Source of the DNA: Squalus acanthias
Taxonomy: Eukaryota
Assembly (NCBI GenBank): GCA_030390025.1
Contig: CM059433.1
Span: forward strand, 29,204,001 to 29,268,000
DNA length: 64,000 nt
Direction: 5' to 3'
Positions 39,874 through 51,699 of the stretch are shown in pieces. Positions within the stretch are counted from its first letter, which is position 1. The number at the start of each line of letters is the position of its first letter. The notes under the pieces were generated by a model. It had not been told where the DNA came from. It searched no databases and was given only the letters and a program-made list of their open reading frames with translations. The position numbers were made by a program, and so were the translations under genes.

Positions 39874-41750
39874 ATGGAGAGGGTGAGAGAACGCGCTCAT
39901 CGCTTCACCGAGCGGGCCTTGGATGCTCTGGTTGGCGCGGTGGAGCGCAGACGATGTATGCTCTTCCCTGAGAGTGGCAGGAGGCCTTTGCCACGCGAGT
40001 TCAGAAGAGTGTGGAGGGAGGTGGCTCAGAGCGTCTCCTCCAGGAGCATGGTGCCCAGGACCCATACTCAATGCCGCAAAAAGTTCAACGACCTCACTCG
40101 GGTCGTCAGGGTGAGTGGCTTTTTCTCAATACCTCTCCATCCCTCCATCTCAACCTCACTCTATGGCCAGAGGGTCTTAAAACCCCAATGCACAACACTC
40201 ATCCAACACCTATGGCCCTTTCATGAAACACACACACACATTCCACACTTTGCATACAGTAAGGGCTATTCACCTATGGGAGGCACATCAGGCAAGACCA
40301 TGGCTGCATACAGTAAGGGGTATTCACCTATGGGAGGCACATCAGGCAAGACCATGGCTGCATACAGTAAGGGCTATTCACCTATGGGAGGCACATCAGG
40401 TAAGACCATGGCTGTATATTTACTCAGATGCTGTCCTTTTTCTTGCAGGCCAAGCTGGCGCATAATCGGAGACAGCAGCAACGGACAGGTGGAGGGCGGC
40501 CTCAGCTGCAACCCCTCAGCGATCTTGAGGAGCGCGTCCACAGGATTGTGGCAAGCCGGGTGATCGGTCCCGTCGCCACTGGAGACGCCGACCCCGTTCT
40601 GGACAGCAATGGTAAGGTCATCACCTTTTTGTCCTCTGTCCTTCCACTTGTCCCTCACAACACCAGCCTTTGACACTTTCAATCCAACTTGCTAACTCGC
40701 TGCACTTATTCCTCCCTTACTGCCACCCTGTCCTCACGCTAAAGCCACTCTTGTACCTCCCTGCTTTCAGATGGTGATTCACCAGCTGAGGAGACGGGCC
40801 CTGAAGCTGCCGCTGGGAGTGATGCTGCAGCTGAGGAGGAAGAGGAAGCCGGAGCATCAGTGCCACCCTCTCCCGAGGAAGCCCATGCCCACACTGGGAA
40901 CACGCCTTCCCTGGAGGGGAGCAGGGGGGAAGGGTCTGATGAGGGTGAAGCTCCAGGACCCAGCGGGCTGCAGCAACGCCATGGGGGCGGTAGGGAAGAA
41001 CGGGGGCCTTCTCCCCAGAGGGAGAGTATGCCAGACACTCCTACTGCAATGGACGCAGAGGAGGAGCGGCTGATCGCAGAAATGAACACCCAGGCGGTGG
41101 GCATGCACACTGAGCTCATGGGTGCAGTGGGAAGGGTGCCCAAATGCATTGAGTCACTGGCAAGGAGTGTGGAGCACTTCGCTGTAGCACAGGCGGATGC
41201 CACACTAACGCTTAGTGCTGCAATTCAGTCACTGGCTGCCGTGATCCCATCTCTGACTGCTCTCATACAGACTCAGATTGAGGCCACGCGAGCACAGACT
41301 GCTGCCAACCTCGATGGTTCGTGCACATGTCCCCGGGGCTGTCACCGCGCCGCAGCAGGCCAGCAATCTGTTCTCCGGCAGATTGCTCCGGATGCTGAAG
41401 TGCTGCCCCGTGGGAGTGCCAGTGTGTCGGGCGAGCAGGGAGTTGCTGTCCTCTCTCACGATGACAGCATTCCTGCTGCCAACACTGTCACTTCTCCACT
41501 GCACTTGCCACCACCTGTAGGACAGACTGCTGCCGCCCATGCAGAGTTGGTGCAGTCTGCAGCCGGGCCCTCCAGGCCCAGAACTGGTCGAGGCCGTCCT
41601 TCAGGGGCATCTGCAGTGTCAGGGTCTGACGAGCAGCAGCCTTCCACCAGCCTTGCTGCAGCCACTGAGGTCCCATTACGGAGGAGCAGTAGGGTTAGAA
41701 GGGGGGAAGTGAGCAAGGGAAGGAGATCACCCTCGAAGGGCAAAAAGTAG
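39874..41750 (+). CDS. Harbinger Myb/SANT-like DNA-binding protein, exons 39874-40110, 40449-40611, 40771-41750 (459 aa)
   Basis: RERAHRFTERALDALV..WREVAQSV..RTHTQCRKKFNDL and RTGGG motifs. GT-AG introns (AGG|GTGAGT..TTGCAG|GCC; ATG|GTAAGG..TTTCAG|AT) join all three frames to a TAG. Confidence 0.88.
40252..40413. repeat. 3 x 54-bp tandem repeat in Myb intron 1
   Basis: GCATACAGTAAGGG[C/G]TATTCACCTATGGGAGGCACATCAGG[C/T]AAGACCATGGCT, three copies. Confidence 0.9.
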
Positions 41751-42044
41751 GAGGTGTGACAAAATGCTGGTCATTTTTTTATTAAAGGTCGAGGTTCGTG
41801 GTCCAACTTTTGTTTAGTGTTTTGGACATTATCTCCAGGTTGTGAGAACCAGTTATGTTATTGACTGTTTTTTCGTGTTTATTTCTATGAGTTTGTCATG
41901 AGGAATTGACACACACAGAGTTTGTAAAATAAATAAGTTTCTGTATTCAAAATATACATGGTTGGTGGTTGGAATTATTGGTGCCTTGGCCAGCTTAGGG
42001 GTTGCGTGCTGGGTTCATTAATGTTGGTAGCAATGGCAGGGGCC

Positions 42045-43205
42045 CTAGAAGCGGCTTGCTATTAGCCGTTGACGGACGGCCCTTGCAGTTTGACCATTGT
42101 GGGCCGCCCTCCTGCCTTGGTGCTGCTGATGATCATCGTCCTCGTCCTCTTCCTCCTCTTCCTCCTCCTCCTCTGGTGGTGCTCCAAGGCCTGGTGGCAT
42201 TGGCTGGGTCCTGAGGATTGCCATGTTATGCAACATGCAGCACACGACTACGAAGTTCGATACTCGCTCAGGCGAGTACTGCAGGGCTCCTCCGGAATGG
42301 TCCAGACAGCGGAACCGTTGCTTCAGCACGCCGATTGTGCGCTCAATAATGTTCCTGGTAGCTTGATGGCTCTCATTGTACCGCAGCTCAGCAGGGGTGT
42401 TGGGCGTACGGAGCGGTGTCATCAGCCAGGTGCTCAATGCATACCCCTTGTCCCCGAGAAGCCAACCAACTGGCTGATGCGGTGCCTCGAAAAGTTCTGC
42501 CACAGTAGTCTGGCGCAGGATAAAAGCATCGTGGCAGCTGCCAGGATACTGGGCATTGACAGCGAGTATCAGCTGTCTGTGGTCACAGACCAACTGGACA
42601 TTCAAGGAATGGAACCCCTTTCTGTTCCTGAATTCCTCGGCATTCTCATGCGGAGCACGCAAAGCCACATGCGTGCAGTCAATGGCGCCCTGCACCATGG
42701 GGAAGCCCGCAACCCTCGCAAAGCCCAGAGCGCGGTCACGCTGCTTGTCTGGGGTCATGGGGAAAGAGATGAACTCTCGTCTCCTTCTGAAGAGGGCATT
42801 TGTGACCTGCCGGATGCAGCAATGCACCGCGAACTGGGAGATATTGGCGAGGTCCCCAGCAGCAGCTTGAAATGAGCCAGTAGCGTAAAAGTTCAAAGCC
42901 ACTGTGACCTTCACTGCCACCGACAGAGACGTCCTGGACCTCAGTTGAGGCTGCAGATCTGGCTGCAGCAGGTGGCAGAGCTCAGTGACCACCTCCTTGC
43001 TGAATCGCAGCCTTCGCAAACACAGCTCCTCGGACATATGGATGTAGGAGAGCTGTTCACGATATACCCTGGGAGGGTAAGCTCTCCTGTACATACGCCT
43101 GATGGCCCTCCTCCGTCTGGCCATCATTGCCACTCTCTCTCTGCGTCTCTGTATCCTCCGATTCAGCTGGAGCAGGACGACGCCCCCAATCAGTGCAGCC
43201 CCCAT
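42045..43205 (-). CDS. Harbinger (HARBI1-like) DDE transposase, 386 aa from the first ATG
   Basis: GAIDCTH, NRKGFHSLNVQLVCD, PGSCHDAFIL, LLGDKGY, YNESH..TRNIIERTIGVLKQRFRCL, CCMLHN and an acidic tail; no stops. Confidence 0.95.
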   Translation of the reverse strand: MGAALIGGVVLLQLNRRIQRRRERVAMMARRRRAIRRMYRRAYPPRVYREQLSYIHMSEELCLRRLRFSKEVVTELCHLLQPDLQPQLRSRTSLSVAVKVTVALNFYATGSFQAAAGDLANISQFAVHCCIRQVTNALFRRRREFISFPMTPDKQRDRALGFARVAGFPMVQGAIDCTHVALRAPHENAEEFRNRKGFHSLNVQLVCDHRQLILAVNAQYPGSCHDAFILRQTTVAELFEAPHQPVGWLLGDKGYALSTWLMTPLRTPNTPAELRYNESHQATRNIIERTIGVLKQRFRCLDHSGGALQYSPERVSNFVVVCCMLHNMAILRTQPMPPGLGAPPEEEEEEEEEDEDDDHQQHQGRRAAHNGQTARAVRQRLIASRF

Positions 43206-43399
43206 ATTCTCTTTGCAAGCAAAGTAATGAAGGACAGCAACTAAAGTAGCAGCAAAGTTAGGATCAATAGGCAAAACTACCTCACAAAGCGTTGAGTCAA
43301 TGTAGAAGTCTCTCTTTCTCTCTCTCCGAATCTCTCTCTCTCTCTCAGAACGAGTGGTGCAAAAATGTCGACCACAGAAAAAGACAGGAAGAGGCCCCC

Positions 43400-43407
43400 T
43401 TTAAATA
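43400..43407 (-). promoter_or_regulatory. Candidate TATA box for the transposase gene
   Basis: TATTTAAA in GC-rich context about 195 bp upstream of the ATG. A similar CTTAAAG lies upstream of the Myb gene (about 39772). Confidence 0.4.
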
Positions 43408-44144
43408 GCGCCCCCCCAGCCCCACAGCGATTGATAGCGTTCCAGTCTTCCGGTCGTTGGAAGCGCCAGGCGGTAAGGCAGGGGGCGCCACTCAATTTCC
43501 GCTCCGGGGCGCCACAAGGGCGTTGCACCATGGAATGACGTCACAATCTGCGCGCGCAGGTGGTCGCAGCGGTAAGTTTTAGCGCCGCCGCACAATGTCA
43601 AGTTAAGTTCCCGAGCGGCGCAAACATCGCTGCGCCCGGGCGTTAGCGGCTTTGCGCCCCATTAGCGCCCTCTTAAGGCGCTTACGGGAGGCGCAACCAA
43701 CTGAATTTTTACCCCTTTGTTTCTAATTTTAAAGGTGCTGCAGACAAAACCTATATATAGAAGCCTAGATATTCTGGCTTCCTGTGGGGCAGAATTCAGA
43801 CAGAGTTGTGGCTGGAGGGTGGTGGGGGCAGTGGGCGGGGCAGTGGGGGAATTGGTATTTCGGACGGAACCCAGACTCACCAGGTGTCTGCTCCGTTTAA
43901 GTTACCTTACATATTTGGACCCAGGAGCGGGAGGTGGCCACGTCTTTTGCCCATCCCACATACATCACAACAAAAGACATGTTCTGGGGTATTCTTGGGA
44001 TCTCTAGGGAATTCTACTCCTTTTCCATCAAGTGGGATCCTACACCAGCTGAGCATGGACGCATATTCTGTTGTAGGCCTGTAGCTACTGGGAAATTCAG
44101 TCACCTATGATCATATCCTGGCTGCATCACCTGCATATCCAGGG

Positions 44145-44431
44145 AATCTTGCGCATTCCCGATTTTCATTGCACCGCCATTGGCGGTGGTGCCTTCAGCT
44201 GCCTTGGTCCTAAGCTCTGGAATTCCCTCCCTAAACCTCTCCGCCTCTCCACCTCTCTCGCCTCCTTTAAGACGTTCTTTAAAACCTACCTTTTTGACAA
44301 AGCTTTTGGTCATCTGCTCTAATATCTCCACATCTGGCTCGGTGTGAAATTTTTGTTTGACAACGCTCCTGTGATGCGCCTTGGGACGTCTTACTACATT
44401 AAAGGTGCTATATAAATGTAAGTTGTTGTTG
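44145..44431 (+). mobile_element. L2-like LINE 3' end
   Basis: IGGGAFSCLGPKLWNSLPKPLRL..FKTFFKTYLF and (GTT)n tail. Confidence 0.85.
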
Positions 44432-44784
44432 AATGAAAGGCCCTGTAGTTGCCACCAGGTTGACGGTGCCGGAATTTTAACATGGGTACAGTCAGCTACT
44501 GTACATTTGGTAATTCTGCGGGCTATGTGCCTGCTTCTCTGCCCTTGTAGAAACCTGCCACCATTCTATCTGTTGCCTCCTGAATCCAGATGGACATGAT
44601 GCCTTCCAGCAATGCCACTTCAGTCGTCCCCAAATGACTGGAAAGACCCAATAACAAAACAATTAATTGTTGTGGTGACTTTTACAGTCATAAACGACAG
44701 ATGTTGGAGATACACCATGTAGATTTGTAGCCAGTATGTAGTAAAGCTCCCTGATTACTGCCCTGGTATGTCAGAACATCAAGA

Positions 44785-44950
44785 ATAAAAAGAAAGACTT
44801 GCATTTTTACAGCGCCTTTCACGACCACCGGACATCCCAAAGCGCTTTACAGCCACTGAAGTACTTATTGAAGTGTAGTCACTGTTGTAATGTAGGAAAT
44901 GCGGCAGGCAATTTGTGCACAGCAAGCTGCCACAAACAGCAATGTGATAT
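44785..44950 (-). mobile_element. Deu-domain SINE 3' part
   Basis: AAAGAAAGACTTGCATTTT..AGCGCCTTTCACGACC..GAAGTGTAGTCACTGTTG. Confidence 0.8.
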
Positions 44951-45381
44951 CAAGTGCACATTGTTCCTCTGATAATGCCAGTCAGTCAGTCTTTGGCCTG
45001 AACAGCTTTTGCTCTGGATGAACTCGTCTCCTGATTATGTTTTTCCCGAGCCTCATCTCACATTTATCCTTTTTATCCTTTGACACTCACCAACATGAGA
45101 CCTCATTTATTAAAAAATAAGCTGGTGCAGGGATAATAATAATCATTCAAATTAGACTTATTGTGCACATGTTTTTTTGTTATCAGAGTTATGTATCACT
45201 TCTTTAAAATTCCCCACCAGTTTCCTGCATTAGTTCAGTTAAACTAATTCTTTGTAACATCCGGCAACACAAGTAAAACTATTTCAACCATAAAAGTTTA
45301 TTGTCCAGGCTGCTGACAGGTTGGACTTTCTTCAAACTGAGAGCTGTTACCTTATTCTCCATTACACATTGTGTGTAAAAA

Positions 45382-46268
45382 GTGCTAGTGTAACTACCGC
45401 TCGTGTAGTCAGCACTGGTGTAAGCTGGACGAGTGTAGTTAGCACTAGTCTAAGATGGACTAGTATAGTCAGCACTAGTGTAGTCAGCACTAGTCTAAGA
45501 TGGACTAGTGTAGTCAGCACTAGTGTAGTCAGCACTAGTCTAAGCTGCACCAGTGTAGTCAGCACTAGTGTAGTCAGCACTAGTCTAAGCTGCACCAGTG
45601 TAGTCAGCACTAGTGTAGTCAGCACTAGTCTAAGCTGCACCAGTGTAGTCAGCACTAGTGTAGTCAGCACTAGTCTAAGCTGCACCAGTGTAGTCAGCAC
45701 TAGTGTAGTCAGCACTAGTCTAAGCTGCACCAGTGTAGTCAGCACTAGTGTAGTCAGCACTAGTCTAAGCTGCACCAGTGTAGTCAGCACTAGTGTAGTC
45801 AGCACTAGTCTAAGCTGCACCAGTGTAGTCAGCACTAGTCTAAGCTGGATGAGTGCAGTCAGCACTAGTCTAAGATGGACTAGTATAGTCAGCACTAGTA
45901 TGGTCAGCACTAGTCTAAGGTGGTCTAGTGTAGTCAGCGCTAGTGTAGTCAGCACTAGTCTAAGCTGGACCAGTGTAGTCAGCACTAGTCTAAGCTGCAC
46001 CAGTGTAGTCAGCACTAGTCTAAGCCGCACCAGTGTAGTCAGCACTAGTCTAAGCCGCACCAGTGTAGTCAGCACTAGTCTAAGCTGGACCAGTGTAGTC
46101 AGCACTAGTCTAAGCCGCACCAGTGTAGTCAGCACTAGTCTAAGCTGGACCAGTGTAGTCAGCACTAGTCTAAGCTGGACCAGTGTAGTCAGCACTAGTC
46201 TAAGCTGGACCAGTGTAGTCAGCACTAGTCTAAGCTGGACCAGTGTAGTCAGCACTAGTCTAAGCACT
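45382..46268. repeat. 15/30/45-bp minisatellite (CAGCACTAGTCTAAGCTG[C/G]ACCAGTGTAGT), left part
   Basis: Tandem units built from 15-bp submonomers containing the ACTAGT palindrome. Confidence 0.95.
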
Positions 46269-48984
46269 AGAAACATAGAAAAAATAGCAGCAGGAGTAGG
46301 CCATTCGGCCCTTCGAGCCTGCTCCGCCATTCAATATGATCATGGCTGATTCTCTATCTCAATACCATATTCCCGCTCTCTCCCCATACCCCTTGATGCC
46401 TTTTGTGTCTAGAAATCTATCTATCTCCTTCTTAAATATATTCAGTGACTTAGCCTCCACAGCCTTCTGTGGTAGAGAATTCCACAGGTTCACCACCCTC
46501 TGAGTGAAGAAATTTCTCCTCATCTCAGTCCTAAATGTCCTACCCCATATCCTGAGACTGTGACCCCTCGTTCTAGACCCCCCAGCCAGGGGAAACATCC
46601 TCCCTGCATCCAGTCTGTCTAGCCCTGTCAGAATTTTAGATGTTTCAATGAGATCCCCTCTCATTCTTCTAAACTCTAGTCGACCCAATCTCTCCTCATA
46701 CGACTGTCCTGCCATCTCAGGAATCAGTCTGGTGAACCTTTGCTGCACTCCCTCTGTGGCAAGTATATCCTTTCTTAGGTAAGGAGACCAAAACTGCACA
46801 CAGTACTGCAGGTGTGGTCTCACTAAGGCCCTGTATAACTATAGTACGACATCCTTGCTCCTGTACTCAAATCCTCTTGCAATGAAGGTCAACATACCAT
46901 TTGCCTTCCTAACTGCTTGCTGCACCTGCATGTTTGCTTTCAGTGACTGGTGTACAAGGACACCCAGGTCCCTTTGTACATCAGCATTTCCCAATCTAGC
47001 ACCATTTAAATAATACTGTACCTTTCTGTTTTTCCTACTGAAGTGGATAACTTCACATTTATCCACGTTATACTGCATCTGCCATGTATTTGCCCACTCA
47101 CTCAACTTGTCTAAATCGCCTTGAAGCCTCTTTGCATCCTCCTCACAACTCACAATCCCACCTAGTTTTGTGTCGTCAGCAAACTTGGAAATATTACATT
47201 TGGTTCCCTCATCCAAATCATTGATATATATTGTGAATAGCTGGGGCTCAAGCACTGATCCCTGCGGTACCCCACTAGTCACTGCCTGCCACCCCGAAAA
47301 AGACCCATTTATTCCTACTCTCTGTTTCCTGTCTGTTAACCAATTTTCAATCCATGCCAGTGTATTACCCCCAATCTCATGTGCTTTAATTTTGCACACT
47401 AACCTCTTATGTGGGACTTTATCAAAGGCCTTCTGAAAATTCAAATACACCACATCCACTGGTTCTCCCTTATCTATTCTACCAGTTACATCCTCAAAAA
47501 ACTCCAGTAGGTTTGTCAAACACGATTTCCCTTTCATAAATCCATGTTGACTTTGTCTAATCCCATTGATATTTTCTAAGTGTCCTGTTATCACATCCTT
47601 TACAATAGACTCTAGCATTTTCCCTACTACTGATGTTAGGCTAACCGGTTTGTAGTTCCCTGTTTTCTTTCTCCCTCCTTTTTTAAATAGTGGGGTTACA
47701 TTTGCCACCCTCCAATTTGCAGGAACTGTTCCATAATCTATAGAATTTTGGAAGATGACAACCAATGCATCCACTATTTCCATGGTTACCTCTTTTAGTA
47801 CTCTGGGATGCAGATTATCAGGCCCTGGGGATTTATCAGCTTTCAGTCCCATTAATTTCTCCAGCACTATTTTTTTACTAATACTAATTTCCTTTAATTC
47901 CTCCTTCTCACTGGACCCTTGGTTCCCTAGCATTTCTGGGAAGTTATTTGTGTCCTCTTCTGTGAAGACAGAACCAAAGTATTTGTTTAATTGCTCTGCC
48001 ATTTCCTTGTTCCCCATTATAAATTCACCCGTTTCTGACTGTAAGGGACCTACATTTGTCTTCACTAATCTTTTTCTTTTTACATACTTGTAGAAGCTTT
48101 TACAATCGGCTTTTATGTTCCTTGCAAGTTTACTCTCATACTCTATTTTTCCCCTCTTAATCGATCTCTTAGTCCTTTTTTGCTGAACTCTAAACCGCTC
48201 CCAATCCTCAGGCTTGCTACTTTTTCTGGCAACTTTATATGACTCCTCTTTGGATCTAATACTATCCTTAATTTCTTTTGTTAGCCATGGTTGGGCCGCT
48301 TTTCCTTTTGTGTTTTTGCACCAGAAAGGAATGTATAACTGTTGCAATTCATGCATTCGTTCCTTCAATGTTAGCCATTGCCTATCCACCGTCATGCCTT
48401 TTAATGAAGCTCCCCAATCTATCATAGCCAACTCACTCCTCATACCTTCGTAGTTTCCTTTGTTTAGATTTAGGACCCTAGTTTTGGATTGAACTTCTTC
48501 ACTTTCCATCTTAATGAAGAATTCTATCATGTTATGGTCACTCTTCCCTAAAGGACCCCGCACAACAAGATTATTAATTAACCCCTTCTCATTGCACAAT
48601 ACCCAATCTAGGATAGCCTGTTCCCTAGTTGGCTCCTCAACGTACTGGTCTAAAAAACCATCTTGTACACACTCCAGGAATTCATCCTTCACAGTATTAT
48701 TGCTAATTTGGTTTGGCCAGTTTATATGTAGATTAAAGTCACCCATGATTACTGTAGTACCCTTGTTATATGCATCTCTAATTTGCTGTTTGATGCCATC
48801 CCCTACATTACCACTACTGTTTGGAGGCCTATAGACAACTCCCACCAATGTTTTCTGCCCCTTGGTGCTTCTTAGCTCCACCCAGACTGATTCTACATCT
48901 TGATTTTCTGAGCCAATATCCTTTATCACTATTGCTCTGATTTCATCCTTTACAAACAACGTCACCCCACCTCCTTTTCCTTTA
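46269..48984 (-). mobile_element. 5'-truncated CR1 LINE (2.7 kb) inserted in the minisatellite
   Basis: APE endonuclease C-terminal part plus RT, 3'UTR and TTTCTATG tail; minisatellite on both sides. Confidence 0.95.
46359..48965 (-). pseudogene. CR1 ORF2 (APE-RT), one in-frame stop at 46839-46841
   Basis: VYRPP, MGDFN, SDHN (APE); SGVPQGSVL, IYINDL, KFADD (RT). The 46359-46823 ORF continues in the same frame. Confidence 0.92.
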
Positions 48985-49410
48985 CTACTAGTGTAGTCAG
49001 CACTAGTCTAAGCTGCACCAGTGTAGTTAGCACTAGTCTAAGCTGCACTAGTGTAGTCAGCACTAGTCTAAGCTGCACCAGTGTAGTCAGCACTAGTCTA
49101 AGCTGGACTAGTGTAGTCAGCACTAGTCTAAGCTGCACCAGTGTAGTCAGCACTAGTCTAAGCTGCACCAGTGTAGTCAGCACTAGTCTAAGCTGCACCA
49201 GTGTAGTCAGCACTAGTCTAAGCTGCACCAGTGTAGTCAGCACTAGTGTAGTCAGCACTAGTGTAGTCGGCACTCGTCTAAGCTGGACGAGTGTAGTCAG
49301 CACTAGTGTAAGCTGGGCTAGTGTAAGCTGGGCTAGTGTAACCAGTGTCAATGCAACTAGTGCTCATGTAAACTAGCGCTCATATAAACTGCGCTAGTGT
49401 AACCAGCACT
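48985..49410. repeat. 15/30-bp minisatellite, right part
   Basis: Same units as 45382-46268, degenerating rightwards. Confidence 0.93.
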
Positions 49411-50260
49411 CATGGCTAACATTCATCCCTCAACCAATATTACTAAAAAAGCAGATTAACTGGTCATTCATTTCAATACTGGTGCACAATGGCTGCCACA
49501 TTTCCTATATAACAATGGTTTGCATTTAGACATGACATGTGGTCAGTGTAGTATGCTTGGGAGGAACTGGTGACTTTGGACCTATGGTTCCCAAAGCTCT
49601 CCATCACTGGGGTTTCCCATACCTCATGTCTGGGTCTCTTGTAGACTAATTGATAGAGATTGATTGCAATGATTAGTCAACAATTCCATTATCATTGTAT
49701 CGTGCAACTACCAGGATGGTAGAAGGTGAACTAGATAGACCTTGGTCTTTTCGCCTATGCCCCTAACAGGCACTGGGCTTCCTAGGTAATTCATGACTTC
49801 TGCACTTTGAGATGTTTTGACAGGATAAGCCACTATATAAATGATCAACTTTAATTTAAGTTAACAATGATTGAAGGGGAGTAAGTTTGCATTAAATCAT
49901 TACCCCTACAAATGTGGGATCTTCCTCTGCTGCCAGTCACTGCCACTTGAAATCAATAGACATCCCTTCACATGAAGTTGATATCGCATTGAAAGACTAA
50001 CCAGCATCTCTCCAGTTGACGTTGGTATCTCACTGAAAGGATAAGAAACATAGCAATCGCTCCCCTGGTCCCTTTAAGTTGGCACCTCTACACAAGAGAA
50101 AGAGAATGAGCAGTGGAGCCCTGCTCCCTCATCCTGTCCCACCTATAGGCCATGTTGGGCAGCCAGCAATCAGCTTGGATAAGGTAACATACAACATCAT
50201 ACAAGAGGCCAGTTTTTGGAGATTCACTCACAAAATTCACTTCACTTGCTTTGGCAAGGT

Positions 50261-50672
50261 GGCAGCCTTGGCTCAGTAGGTAGCACTCTCGCCTCTGAGT
50301 CAGATGTTTGTGGATTCCACTCCAGAGACTTCAGCACCATCCAAGCTAACACTCCAGTGCAGTACTGAGGGAATGCTGCACTGTCGGAGGTGCTGTCCTA
50401 TGGGTGAAATGTGTTACTGCCCTCTCAGGTGGACTGTGAAAGATCCCACAGCACTATTCAAAGAAAAACAGGGGAGTTCTCCTCAGTGTCCAATCCACTT
50501 CTGATGCCTCAACCAACATCACTAAAAACAGATTATCTGGTCATTATCACATTGCTGTTTGTGGGAGCTTGTCTGTGCGCAAATTGGCTGCCGCATTTCC
50601 TATAGTATAAAAGTGACTACACTTAAAAATAAGTACTTCATTTGCTGCAAAGCACTTTGTGACGTTCTGAGG
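50261..50672 (+). mobile_element. Deu-domain SINE interrupted near its 3' end by CR1 (resumes about 51700-51735)
   Basis: Head GGCAGCCTTGGCTCAGTAGGTAGCAC; tail AAAGGTGCTATATAAATGTAAGTTCTTTCTTT lies after the CR1. Confidence 0.85.
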
Positions 50673-51699
50673 ATCAGTGCTGGGACCACTGTTGTTCACA
50701 ATTTACATTCACGATTTTGACTTTGGAATCAAAAACACAATTTCTAAATTTGCGGATGACACCAAATTGGGGGGATAGTCAATACTGAGGAGGACTGCAA
50801 CAAATTACAGGAGGACATTAATAAACTTGCAGAATGACAAATAATTGGCAAATAAAGTTCAACACAGATAAATGTGAGGTATTACATTTTGGTAGGAAGA
50901 ATTGGGAGGTGACTTATCACTTGGAGGGTGCGAGTCTAGGTGGGGTAGAGGAACAAAGGGATCTTGGAGTACAAATACACAGATCACTAAAAGTTATGCC
51001 ACAGGTTAGCAAGGCCATAAAAAAGGCAAACCAAGCTCTAGGGTTTATTTCTAGAGGGATAGAATTGAAAATTAGGTAAGTTATGCTAAACCTGTATCGA
51101 GCCATGGTTAGACCACACTTGGAGTACTGCGTGCAGTTCTGCTCGCCATATTATTAAAAGGATATAGAGGCACTGGAGAGGGTGCAGAGAGGATTTACAA
51201 GGATGATACCAGAAATGCGAGGGTATACATATCAGGAAAGGATGAACAGGCTGGGTCTCTTATCTCTTGATAAAAGAAGGCTGAGGGGTGACCTAATAGA
51301 GGTCTTTAAAATTATGAAAGGTAATATGATAGAGTGGATACAGAGAGAATGTTTCCACTTGTGGGGAAGAGCATAACTGGAGGCCATCAATATAAGATAG
51401 TCACCAAGAAATCCAATACGGAATTCAGAAGAAACTTCTTTACCCAAAGAGTGGTGAGAATGTGGAACTCGCTACCACAGGGAGTGGTTGAAACAAATAG
51501 TATGGATGCATTTAAGGGGAGGCTGGATAAGCATATGAGGGAGAAGGGAATAGAGGGTTATGCTGCTAGATTTAGATGAGGAAAGACGGGAGGAGGCTCG
51601 AGTGGAGCATAAACGCCGGCATGGACTGGTTGGGCTGAATGGCTTGTTTCTGTGTCGTATATCCTATGTAATTCTATATAATCCTATGTAATCCTATGT
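50673..51699 (+). mobile_element. Degraded CR1 LINE 3' part
   Basis: [39 protein letters not shown] and (ATCCTATGTA)n tail. Confidence 0.9.

Larger units (their letters stand above)
39514..43715. mobile_element. Full-length, apparently autonomous PIF/Harbinger DNA transposon
   Basis: TIRs GGGGTAGAAATT / AATTTTTACCCC (11 of 12 match), TTT duplicated at 39511-39513 and 43716-43718, two convergent intact genes. Confidence 0.95.

Noticed and set aside
39631..40563. 310-aa unspliced ORF from the track
   Set aside because: It starts at GTG in the terminal region and runs through intron 1. The spliced model from ATG 39874 is supported by the second copy.
42045..43274. Domesticated host HARBI1 gene
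   Set aside because: It lies between TIRs with a TSD and next to a convergent Myb gene, so it is a transposon. The track's TTG start was also replaced by ATG 43205.
45321..46349. Mucin-like Ser/Thr/Val ORF and its antisense ORF
   Set aside because: Artefact of a minisatellite with unit lengths divisible by 3, running into a CR1 UTR.
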